This document shows, piece after piece, positions 56,412-64,000 of a stretch of DNA of 64,000 nucleotides (position 1 is the stretch's first letter; each line of letters begins with the position of its first letter). Below the pieces are notes generated by a model. The model worked only from the letters and a program-made list of their open reading frames with translations. It had not been told where the DNA came from and did not search any database. The stretch comes from Bryobacterales bacterium (lineage in GTDB: Bacteria; Acidobacteriota; Terriglobia; Bryobacterales; UBA6623): the NCBI GenBank assembly GCA_965206775.1, contig CBDBKU010000002.1:2255796-2319795 (forward strand). The letters run 5' to 3'. The position numbers and the translations under genes were made by a program.

Positions 56412-58887
56412 GAGACTCAGACTTCCTTACATCGACAATTTGGCGAGATCGAGTGAATCGGTATAAGCCGTTCTAGCGCACGGGGTTACGTTTTTCTCGC
56501 AATTGGTGTCGCGGGCTTGACATGGCCGGTTCGGTTTTTTTAATATGTCCACATGAAAGGCGGCCCCGCGCACCCCGAACCCTCCCCTCTCCCCGCTTCG
56601 CTCGGCCTGCGGCCCGGTGAGGCGATCCCCGTCAACGCTCGCCTGAGCATGCTGCTGGACGCCGACCGCTGGGTCTGTTTCCTGAACACCGACCCGATCG
56701 ACAGCTGCGGGGTCGACGACCGGCCAGGCCGCGCGCGCTGCCTCGGCCGCTTCGCGCTGCTCGGACTGGCCACGCATGCCGAACTGGCCCGGGCGCACGG
56801 GATCAGCGCGCGCACGGTGGCCCGGGCGCGGCGACAGATGGAAGCGCGCGGCGAGCAGGACTTCGACAAGCCGCGCAAGCGGCGGCGCCTGCATGGGATC
56901 GAGGATGCGGAGCTGCTGAGGCGGGCGGGGGAGAAGCTGGCGCAGGGAGCGAGCTTGCGCGGGACGGCGCGGGAGCTGGGGCTGTGCTATTCGACGCTGC
57001 GGGCGTACCTGCGCAAAGGCCTGCTGGCGGGGGTCGCGGGCCAGCAGGGAGCGGCGGCGGAGGCGGCGGCCGGGCCGGCAGCGGAGGGAGCGCCGTCCGG
57101 GAGCGACCTGGCGGAAGCGGGCGGGGTGGCACCGCCCGACAAGGAGCGGGAGCCGCGTTTCGCCGCGGCCTCGGCGGTCAGCGGGGGCGGGGTGCTGACG
57201 GCAGTTCCGGCCTTGGTGCAGGCCGGCCTGCTGCGCCACGAGGGCCTGCTGCGCCTGCCCAAGGGCTTCTACGGGGTGCGCTCGATCCTGCTGCTGCTGG
57301 CGTTCCTGCTGCTGGCGCGCGTGCGCAATCCGGAGCGGCTGCGCTACGAGCAGCCCGGGGAATGGGGTGCCTTGCTGGGCCTGGACCGCTCCCCCTGCGA
57401 TCGCACGCTGCGGCGCAGGACACGCCAGCTGGTGGCGGATGCGGCCGCGCTGGAGGCCTGGCGCGGCGCCTTGGCGCGGGACTGGGCCGGCGCCGATCCG
57501 GAGGCCGTCGCGACGCTGTTCGTGGACGGGCACGTCCAGGTCTACAGCGGCCAGGGCCGCCTGCCGAAGCACTTCGTGCCGCGGCAGAAGCTGTGCCTGC
57601 CGGCCGCGGCCAGCTACTGGGTGGGGGCGCTCGGGGGGGCGCCGTTGCTGTGCGTGCACAAGCAGGTCGATCCCGCGCTGGTGGCGGAGTTGCGGGACGG
57701 GCTGCTGCCGCAGCTGGAGGAGCTGGGCCTGCTGCCGGCCGCGCAGGAGCCGTCGCGGCCGCGCCTGACGCTGGTGTTCGACCGGGAAGGCTGGAGTCCG
57801 GCGCTGTTCGCGCAACTGGCGGAGCGGGGGATCGCGGTGATCACTTGGCGCAAGGGGCCGCAGGCGGAGCGCTGGCCGGACAGCGAGTTCGTCCCGGCCC
57901 GCTTGGCGGTGCATGCGCCCGGCGGCGAGCAAGCGCTGGAGGGCCGCATCGCCGAGCGCAAGGCGGCTCTGGGGAACGCCTGCGCGGCGCGCGAGATCCG
58001 CTTCTGGATCGACCGGCGCCTGCGCCGGCCGGGCAAGAGCGGCCAGCCGCGCAAGCCGCTGGAGCTGGCGGGCCAGCCGGCGATCCTCACCACGCATCCC
58101 ACGCTGCCCGCGGAGCGGGTTGCGGGCCTGCTGCGCTCGCGCTGGACGCAGGAGAACTTCTTCAAGTACATGCGTGCGGAATTCGGTCTCGACACGCTGG
58201 CCGAGCACGCGCTCGTGGAGGTGGATGCCGACGAGCGGGTGGTCAACCCGCTCTGGCGCTGGCTCGAGCGCGCCTTGCGGAGGCTGCGCGGCAAGGCCGG
58301 GCACCTGCATCGCAAGCTGGCGGCCGAGCGCGGCGCGCGTTCGGAGAAGGCCCTCCAGCTCCAGGCGGAGGTCGCCGCGATCGAGCGGCGCATCACGGGC
58401 CTGGAACTGGCGAGAAGCGACGTCCAGGAGCATGTCCGGGCCGGCGACCTGTCGCCCGAAGAGCGGCTGCAGGCCCTGCCTGCCCCGCTGCGGAACCTGC
58501 TCGACACCCTGCGCATGATCGCCTACCGCGCCGAGACCGCCATGGCCGGCGCGGTCGCGCCGGAACTGAGCAGGCCCGAGACTGTGCGCCCCCTGCTGAA
58601 GGCGCTGTTCCGCAGCGACGCCAGCCTTCTTCCCGACCCTGCGGCCGGGACTCTGACCGTCCGGCTGCTGCACCAAGCCAGCCGCGGCAGGACGCCGCCC
58701 TCGCTGCACTGCTCAAGGAACTGAACGAAACTGCGACGCCGTTTCCCGGAACCGACCTGCGCCTGGTCTACGAAATCCTCCCCGACAACCCCCTCACGTC
58801 AACCGTTGCCCCAACCCACCCAGAACCGGCATCTCCTCCCACAATCATGCCAACGTAAAACAACCGATGTAAGGAAATCTGAGACTT
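56412..58887 (+). mobile_element. Unclassified insertion-sequence-like element, about 2.48 kb, very GC-rich
   Basis: It has imperfect terminal inverted repeats: GAGACTCAGACTTCCTTACATCG (56412-56434) versus CGATGTAAGGAAATCTGAGACTT (58865-58887), giving 21/23 complementary positions by eye. It encloses one 723-aa ORF whose GC content is visibly above the flanks. Confidence 0.55.
56553..58724 (+). CDS. Putative DDE-type transposase with two N-terminal HTH motifs (family not recognised)
   Basis: LARAHGISARTVARARRQM and SLRGTARELGLCYSTLRAYLRKG are HTH-like. The candidate catalytic triad context is LFVDGHVQVYSG, LTLVFDREGWSPALFAQL and LLRSRWTQENFFKYMRAEFGLD. Confidence 0.5.
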   Translation: MKGGPAHPEPSPLPASLGLRPGEAIPVNARLSMLLDADRWVCFLNTDPIDSCGVDDRPGRARCLGRFALLGLATHAELARAHGISARTVARARRQMEARGEQDFDKPRKRRRLHGIEDAELLRRAGEKLAQGASLRGTARELGLCYSTLRAYLRKGLLAGVAGQQGAAAEAAAGPAAEGAPSGSDLAEAGGVAPPDKEREPRFAAASAVSGGGVLTAVPALVQAGLLRHEGLLRLPKGFYGVRSILLLLAFLLLARVRNPERLRYEQPGEWGALLGLDRSPCDRTLRRRTRQLVADAAALEAWRGALARDWAGADPEAVATLFVDGHVQVYSGQGRLPKHFVPRQKLCLPAAASYWVGALGGAPLLCVHKQVDPALVAELRDGLLPQLEELGLLPAAQEPSRPRLTLVFDREGWSPALFAQLAERGIAVITWRKGPQAERWPDSEFVPARLAVHAPGGEQALEGRIAERKAALGNACAAREIRFWIDRRLRRPGKSGQPRKPLELAGQPAILTTHPTLPAERVAGLLRSRWTQENFFKYMRAEFGLDTLAEHALVEVDADERVVNPLWRWLERALRRLRGKAGHLHRKLAAERGARSEKALQLQAEVAAIERRITGLELARSDVQEHVRAGDLSPEERLQALPAPLRNLLDTLRMIAYRAETAMAGAVAPELSRPETVRPLLKALFRSDASLLPDPAAGTLTVRLLHQASRGRTPPSLHCSRN

Positions 58888-58956
58888 GCGGCGCTCTCCT
58901 GCAGGATTAACCTGGGATTCGCCTAGTGAATTAGTGTTGGATACAACACTGTCCAC

Positions 58957-60771
58957 CACTAGTGTCGCGTTAAGCTCGCGAGTTTGACCTATAAGCCACG
59001 ATTCGTCAATCACTTGCGAGAGATTTCGGGTGTCCGAGACTTGAATTCTCCGGGGCGTGATCGAACGACTCCGGAAACGCCACAGTTCTCCGGGTTCTCA
59101 CTTGCATGCTTTGGGTATGTACCGCGGCCAGACCCTCTTCTCTCAGGTCATGCAGTTCCCCCCCTGGAAGGCCTTCTCGCGGATCGTGGCCAGCTACGAT
59201 GGCGATCGCCGCGTGCGGAGCTTGAACTGCGCCCAGCAGTTCCGCACCATGGCCTTTGCCCAGCTGACCCGGCGCAAGAGCTTGCGGGCCCTGACCGCTT
59301 GCTTGGGGGCCGTTCCGGCCAAGCCGTACCATGCCGGCTTCACCGCTCCGATCCATGTCTCGACGCTGGCTCGCGCCAACGAGCGCCGCTCCTGGCAGAT
59401 GCATGCCGATCTGGCTCAGCGCTTGATCGCCCGCGCCCGGGCTCTCTACGCCGACGAAGACCTCGGGCTCGAGTTGGACGCGACCGTGTACGCCCTCGAC
59501 TCGTCCACGGTCGACCTGTGCCTGGCCGTGTTCCCCTGGGCCATTTTCCGAACCACGAAGGCAGCGGTGAAACTGCGCACTTTGTTGGACTTACGTGGGT
59601 CCGTCCACTCCTTCATTCACGTCTCTGACGGCAAGTTGCACGACGTCAACGTGCTCGATCTGCTCGTACCCGAACCGGGTGCCATCTACGTCATGGACCG
59701 GGCCTACGTGGATTTTGGGCGCCTCTACAGCCTTCACCCGGCAGGAGCGTCCTTCGTCACGCGAGCGAAGAACAGCCTCAACTACCATCGCGTCTACTCC
59801 GCTCCCAAGGACCGCGCGCGCGGCATCCTGGCCGACCAGACGATCGCCCTCGACGGGCAGCGCACGAAGCAGGGCTATCCCCTGCACTTGCGACGCGTCC
59901 GCTTCCGGGATCCCGAGTCCGGCAAGCAACTCGTCTTCCCCACCATCCGCACCGATCTCGACGCGGCCACGGTGGGCGCTCTGTACAAGAGTCGCTGGAA
60001 GGTCGAACTCTTTTTTCGCTGGGTCAAGGGTCATCTTCAGATCCAACGCTTTTTCGGCACTTCCGAGAACGCCGTCAAGTCGCAAATCTGGATCGCCGTC
60101 TCGGTCTATGCCTTAGTCGCGATTATTCGCAAGGAGCTTGCAATCCGTCTGTCGTTGCACACCATGCTGGAGATCCTCTCGGTCATGCCGTTCCAGCAAG
60201 TGCCTCTATATGAGGCCTTTGCGAGTTCCGAATACCTTCCTCAACCGGTATCCTCCGCGCAGCAACTGCATCTGTTCGACGTCTGATTCCACTCGCGCGC
60301 CATGCGAACAGCGAGTGTTCGCAATCGTTCCGATCCGGCGTCCGATCCAGTGCTTGCACGCGTCGGAGTGAGGCAAATCGGGCACGACTCCTCAGAGGTC
60401 GGCGACGGAACTCGGCTGGAGACCTGCTGTTGCCTGTCCGCCAGGCAGGTCCGGAGGCGCACGAGGGTACTGCGTAGGGCTTCTACGAGGTCGCGTCGGA
60501 TCCTCCAAGTGCGGGAAGCAAGGATGCCGATTCCGCCTTCGGAGCAACCGGCGTCTGCACGATGAGGCGAAACATTCGGTCGTAATTGACATGAACCAGC
60601 CGCCCAGGAGCTCCGTCCGAGCTCTGGATTCTACACTTTCTGAGCCTTGCCGCAGCCTGTCCCGCGAGACCAAGTTGTTGACTATAGGCCACTTATGATC
60701 CGGGCCTACAGAAAAAAATACCCGGACTCTTAAGTCCTTTGTTATCAGCGACTTTTAACGCGACACTAGTG
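58957..60771 (+). mobile_element. IS4-family insertion sequence, 1815 bp, with perfect 17-bp IRs and a 9-bp target-site duplication
   Basis: IRL is CACTAGTGTCGCGTTAA (58957-58973). IRR is TTAACGCGACACTAGTG (60755-60771). The direct repeat ACTGTCCAC lies immediately outside both ends (58948-58956 and 60772-60780). Confidence 0.9.
59117..60286 (+). CDS. IS4-family transposase (DUF4372 + DDE_Tnp_1)
   Basis: MYRGQTLFSQVMQFPPWKAFSRIVASYDGDRRVRSLNCAQQFRTMAFAQLT... is followed by VYALDSSTVDLC, IYVMDRAYVDFGRL and LYKSRWKVELFFRWVKGHLQIQRFFGTSENAVKSQIW. The ATG at 59117 lies inside track ORF 59057-60286. Confidence 0.9.
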   Translation: MYRGQTLFSQVMQFPPWKAFSRIVASYDGDRRVRSLNCAQQFRTMAFAQLTRRKSLRALTACLGAVPAKPYHAGFTAPIHVSTLARANERRSWQMHADLAQRLIARARALYADEDLGLELDATVYALDSSTVDLCLAVFPWAIFRTTKAAVKLRTLLDLRGSVHSFIHVSDGKLHDVNVLDLLVPEPGAIYVMDRAYVDFGRLYSLHPAGASFVTRAKNSLNYHRVYSAPKDRARGILADQTIALDGQRTKQGYPLHLRRVRFRDPESGKQLVFPTIRTDLDAATVGALYKSRWKVELFFRWVKGHLQIQRFFGTSENAVKSQIWIAVSVYALVAIIRKELAIRLSLHTMLEILSVMPFQQVPLYEAFASSEYLPQPVSSAQQLHLFDV

Positions 60772-60781
60772 ACTGTCCACC

Positions 60782-60904
60782 TACATGGGACACGCCAGCC
60801 TCGCCTCGACGCAGGTCTATCTGACCATGACCCCGGAACTGCTGCGTGCGGCCTCGCAGCGCTTCGAGGCCTATGCGGTCTCTCCCGGAGGCAGCGATGC
60901 CTGA
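60782..60904 (+). pseudogene. Tyrosine recombinase, last ~40 codons (upstream part displaced by the IS4 insertion)
   Basis: YMGHASLASTQVYLTMTPELLRAASQRFEAYAVSPGGSDA* is the typical integrase C-terminus containing the catalytic Tyr context (T.VYL). It starts exactly at the IS4 TSD. Its stop overlaps the next integrase ATG (ATGCCTGA). Confidence 0.65.
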
Positions 60905-61661
60905 CACCAGCAATCTCGGCCCTTGGCTACGGCGTTTCCTCGTCGAACATCTCGTGAGCGAGCGCAACCTGGCCCGCAACACGCAACTGGGCTATCGCGA
61001 CACACTCGCCCTGCTCGTGCCCTTCGTCGCCGAACGCACCCGCAAGCCGGTCGAGCGCCTCGCCGTGCTCGACCTCAGCGTCGACCGCGTGCTCGACTTC
61101 CTTGCCCATCTCAGGCACGACCGTGGCTGCTCGCCGCAGACCTGCAACCAGCGCCTCACCGCCATTCGAGCCTTCGCTCGCTTCGTCGGCTGCCGCAGTC
61201 CCCAGCATCTTGAATGGTGCGGTCAGGTCCGCGCGATTCCACTCAAGAAGGCCGCCCCACCCCCGGTCACCTATCTCGAAAAGCCCGAGATCGACGCGCT
61301 GCTCGCGGTGCCGAACCGCGATACCCCTCAGGGACACCGTGAGCAGGCAGTGCTCTTGTTCCTCTACAACTCGGGAGCCCGGGTGTCCGAGGCGACGAGG
61401 CTGACCGTCCGGGACCTGCAACTGGCCGACAGACCGCAGGCCCATTCCCTCGCGACCCTGCGAGGCAAGGGGGGCAAGATCCGACAGTGCCCGCTTTGGC
61501 CGCGCACGTCACGGCTGCTGTCGGAACTGGTTGCCGATCGCGCCCCCGACGCACACGTCTTCCTAAGCCGACACGGCCGTCCGTTCACACGCTTCGGAAT
61601 TCGCGCGCTCGTCCAACGCTGCGCCGACATAGTGGCGACACGCGTGCCATCGCTGGCCGCT

Positions 61662-61843
61662 TTCTGCTCCATGTCCTGCCCCCCACCGAACCCGACCCCG
61701 ATGCACCGGACTACCGCGACCGCTTCGAGCAGCTCACCGGCCGCTCGCTACGCGACTGCCCGGCTTGCGGCACCGGCCAGATGCTCGTCGCCGGAAGCTT
61801 CGAACCCGGTCACGATCCGCCCGCGCTGGAGGACACTTCGTGA
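61662..61843 (+). pseudogene. C-terminal end of an IS91-family-like transposase (tentative)
   Basis: ...LPPTEPDPDAPDYRDRFEQLTGRSLRDCPACGTGQMLVAGSFEPGHDPPALEDTS* has a CPxCG-containing tail, as I recall for IS91/ISCR transposase C-termini. Only about 60 codons are present. Confidence 0.4.
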
Positions 61844-62208
61844 CCGCCCCCGCCCCTGCCGCCGACAGTCCCTGCCCCACAGCAGTTCCCCCGCGGGCCG
61901 CCTGGCAAAGCTGCATCCGCGTACGCTCACCCAGCCCGGCCGGGGACCGAAACCCCCATCGACACCCCGCTCCGGACCCCGTTCCAACCGCTCCCGCACC
62001 GGCCTCATCCGAGCCACGACGCCCCTTCAATCACCGCTCAACTCCCGACAGCCGCTCCCTGCTGCCTGCCAAAGCCATCCAATGCCCATAGCGAAGCCAT
62101 CAGCCAGCGGCTCAGTTCAATACGTTTTATAGCCACCGGCGCGGCCCACACACTCTTCTCCCATTCGGACACCCTCCGGCCGCACCGCCGGCCAAGAAAC
62201 GCTCTTCA

Positions 62209-62228
62209 GTATTCCGAGTTCGGAATAC
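62209..62228. repeat. Perfect 9-bp inverted repeat (palindrome) at the right junction of the integrase insert
   Basis: GTATTCCGA-GT-TCGGAATAC. The centre contains GTTC. It lies at the point where integrase similarity resumes. Confidence 0.7.
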
Positions 62229-62519
62229 TCGCCACTCGACTGCAACCCACCTGCTGCGCGCCGGAGTGGACCTCAATACAATCCGCGCCTGGCTCGGCCA
62301 CGTCAGCCTCGACACGACGAACATCTATGCCGAGATCGACCTCGAGACGAAGGCGAAGGCGATCGCCTGCTGCGACCCGACCGAGTCGAAGCGGTCCGGA
62401 CCATGGAGGGAGGACAAAGGCCTGATGGAGTTCCTGCGGGCAATTTGAAAAGCATATCGTTATGTGGCGTAGCAGCAAGCCCGACCGTTGCGCAATAAGG
62501 GCTTGCGGCTCCTGCGTCA

Positions 62520-62958
62520 CATAACGGCGAAGTTCACGTCTATCGAAAACGAGGGATTCAACTGCCTGGCGCGCCACGGTTACAACATCAAGCGCAATTT
62601 CGGGCACGGCCGCGACGGTCTCGCCAACCTGCTCGCGACGCTGAACCTGTTCGCCTTCGCGCTGCATGCGGTCCAGGACTGCGTCTCCGACCTGTGGCGG
62701 CAAGGCCGGGCGCGGGCCGGCACCCGGCGCAACTTCTTCGCGACCCTGGGCTTCCTGACGCAGTGGTTCTGCTTCCGCAGCTGGACCGCCCTGTTCGAAA
62801 CCCTGTTAATAAAGCGCCCGCCACTGCCGGTGCCGTGCAGCCCGCCCCCCCCCCCGGCCTGCGTTCCCAGCCGCCCTGATCACCCCGCAACTGCCTCTCT
62901 ACGGCACGCACGAACGCTCGCCGATTCCACCCCACACGAGCCAGCCCCCCTATCCTGA
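62520..62958 (+). pseudogene. DDE transposase C-terminal fragment (IS4-superfamily-like)
   Basis: AKFTSIENEGFNCLARHGYNIKRNFGHGRDGLANLLATLNLFAFALHAVQD matches the (RW.)IENE.FN.LK..GY...HNFGHG motif around the catalytic Glu. Nothing upstream of it is present. A nested hairpin lies at 62460-62526. Confidence 0.55.
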
Positions 62959-63078
62959 GAATTGCTGCGAGCAGGTACGCCTCCTGCCACATCTGCTCCA
63001 GATCTGCATCAACGGCAAATACGCAGGCAATACCAAATTCAAAGTGGCCGTGTGTCAGTCCAACGTGGACTGACGGCG

Positions 63079-64000
63079 TTATTGCACGGGCGGAGATTCC
63101 GGCGCGTCGGTTTTGGGCAGCCAGCGGGCGAGTTCGATCTTCTTCCCTTCGTGTTGCGGCTCGCCGGCCAGGTTAATCCATTCGTGCGGGTCGTTTTCGT
63201 GGTCGTAGAGTTCCTCGGTACCGTCGCGGTAGCGGATATAGCGCCACTTCTCGTTCCGGATCGAGTGGTTGCCTAAACCATGGGTGGTGAGCGCCGGACG
63301 TTCGCGTTCGAGCGCGGGGTTTTCGAGAAGCGGCCTGAGGCTGGTCCCCTCCAGTTCGTTACGTGGCGCGAGGCCGCAGATATCCACCAGCGTGGGGTAG
63401 ATGTCCATCAAGTCCACCGCCTGATCACATCGCGACCCGGGTTTGGTCAGACCCGGCGAGTTGATCATCATGACGTTGTGGGTGGCCTCTTCCCACAGAG
63501 CAAACTTGCGCCAGTGGAGCTTCTCGCCGAGGTGCCAGCCGTGGTCGCTCCAGAGGATGACGGTGGTGTTGTCCTTGTGAGCGCTGGCGTCGAACGCGTC
63601 GAGCACCTTGCCGAGCGCGGCGTCGGCGAAGCTGATGGAAGCGAGGTAGCCCTGGACGGCCTGCCGCCACTGGTCGTGCTCGATCACATTGCGGTGGTCG
63701 CGTTGTGGGTTGGCCATCTTCACGCCCATCGGTGGGACGTCATCAAGGTCGTCCTCTTTGATGGTGGGCAACGTGATCTGGTCCAGCGGGTACATGTCGA
63801 AATACTTCTCCGGCGCGTACCAGGGAAGGTGGGGCTTCCAGATCCCGCAGGCAAGGAAGAGCGGGTCGTCCTGTTTCCTCGATAGCTCGTCCGACGCCCA
63901 TTCGGCGACCTGCATATCTCCCATGTCGGCATCGGAGTCCAACAGCGGGCCCCAGTCAAAGTTGGAGGTTGAGGGAATTCCGTTGACCGGCCTTTCCGGC
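63079..64000 (-). CDS. Sulfatase, C-terminal part (5' end lies beyond the window)
   Basis: The frame is open from 64000 down to the stop at 63079. It contains QAVQGYLASISFADAALGKVLDAFDASAHKDNTTVILWSDHGWHLGEKLHWRKFALWEEATHNVMMINSPG and DLMDIYPTLVDICGL. The track ORF start at 63942 is only an internal TTG. Confidence 0.85.
   Translation of the reverse strand, partial: PERPVNGIPSTSNFDWGPLLDSDADMGDMQVAEWASDELSRKQDDPLFLACGIWKPHLPWYAPEKYFDMYPLDQITLPTIKEDDLDDVPPMGVKMANPQRDHRNVIEHDQWRQAVQGYLASISFADAALGKVLDAFDASAHKDNTTVILWSDHGWHLGEKLHWRKFALWEEATHNVMMINSPGLTKPGSRCDQAVDLMDIYPTLVDICGLAPRNELEGTSLRPLLENPALERERPALTTHGLGNHSIRNEKWRYIRYRDGTEELYDHENDPHEWINLAGEPQHEGKKIELARWLPKTDAPESPPVQ

Larger units (their letters stand above)
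60897..62448 (+). pseudogene. Tyrosine recombinase interrupted by about 570 bp of foreign DNA
   Basis: The N-part (60897 to about 61661) is MPDTSNLGPWLRRFLVEHLVSERNLARNTQLGYRDTLALLVPFV...LYNSGARVSEATRLTVRDLQL...LRGKGGKIRQCPLWPRTSRLL...VPSLAA. The C-part (62230-62448) is RHSTATHLLRAGVDLNTIRAWLGHVSLDTTNIYAEIDLETKAKAI. Box I Arg, box II HxxR and the Tyr lie on opposite sides of the insert. Confidence 0.7.

Noticed and set aside
56427-58858. 760-aa minus-strand ORF (56427-58709) and 624-aa + strand ORF (56984-58858) inside the GC-rich element
   Set aside because: Both are Arg/Ala/Gly/Pro/Gln-dominated and featureless. Only the 56553-58724 frame shows HTH and DDE-like motifs. Stop-codon scarcity at above 70% GC explains the others.
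62460-62526. Nested hairpin (CGTTATGTGGCG...CGTCACATAACG enclosing GCAAGCCC...GGGCTTGC) after the integrase stop as a rho-independent terminator
   Set aside because: There is no U-tract and the loops are long. It lies at the junction with a transposase fragment, so it may be a junction or IS-end structure. The evidence is not strong enough to call a terminator.
1-64000. Search for tRNA, rRNA, tmRNA genes and att-like tRNA fragments
   Set aside because: None was recognised by eye on either strand. This is weak negative evidence only. tRNAscan-SE or Aragorn would be decisive.

Overview
This is a GC-rich 64-kb window. Judged by eye, a roughly 60-65% GC background is interrupted by blocks above 70% and blocks near 55%. 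It looks like an accessory island of an Acidobacteria-type genome. The lineage guess rests on two TonB-dependent receptors with the CarboxypepD_reg-type N-terminus, a TIGR03437-like secreted repeat protein, DUF1501/DUF1588-type proteins and several sulfatases. That guess is inference only. Three kinds of content dominate. (1) Six type II toxin-antitoxin loci are present: Phd/VapC, two HigBA, DUF1778/GNAT, Phd/ParE, and an antitoxin beside a nonsense-mutated toxin. There are also two Fic proteins. (2) Insertion sequences and IS debris are abundant: two dead IS6 copies plus a solo IR, an IS1634-type element, an IS4 element with perfect IRs and a 9-bp TSD, a 2.5-kb very GC-rich unclassified element, IS5-like and IS91-like fragments, and broken tyrosine recombinases. 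(3) The pseudogene load is unusually high, including Mrr, an OmpR-type regulator, a sulfatase, a HerA/FtsK-like ATPase, DUF4143 ATPase fragments, a copper amine oxidase fragment and a ParA stub. The intact metabolic content is a TBDR-sulfatase-LVIVD operon, a second TBDR, a CxxCH-containing DUF1588-like protein paired with DUF1501, a NlpC/P60 peptidase and a histidine kinase. The best candidate for an undescribed system is a translationally coupled minus-strand operon at 41022-43545. It encodes an ABC/AAA_15-type ATPase with a DUF3696-like C-terminus, a PIN-like protein and an RNA-ligase-family protein. The second candidate is a HigB toxin paired with a 485-aa HigA-type HTH protein that ends in a Swt1-like HEPN (Rx4H) domain (26981-28732). 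No tRNA, rRNA or CRISPR array was recognised. All family calls come from motif recognition by eye, not from searches. Many long ORFs in the supplied track are antisense shadows typical of high-GC DNA.
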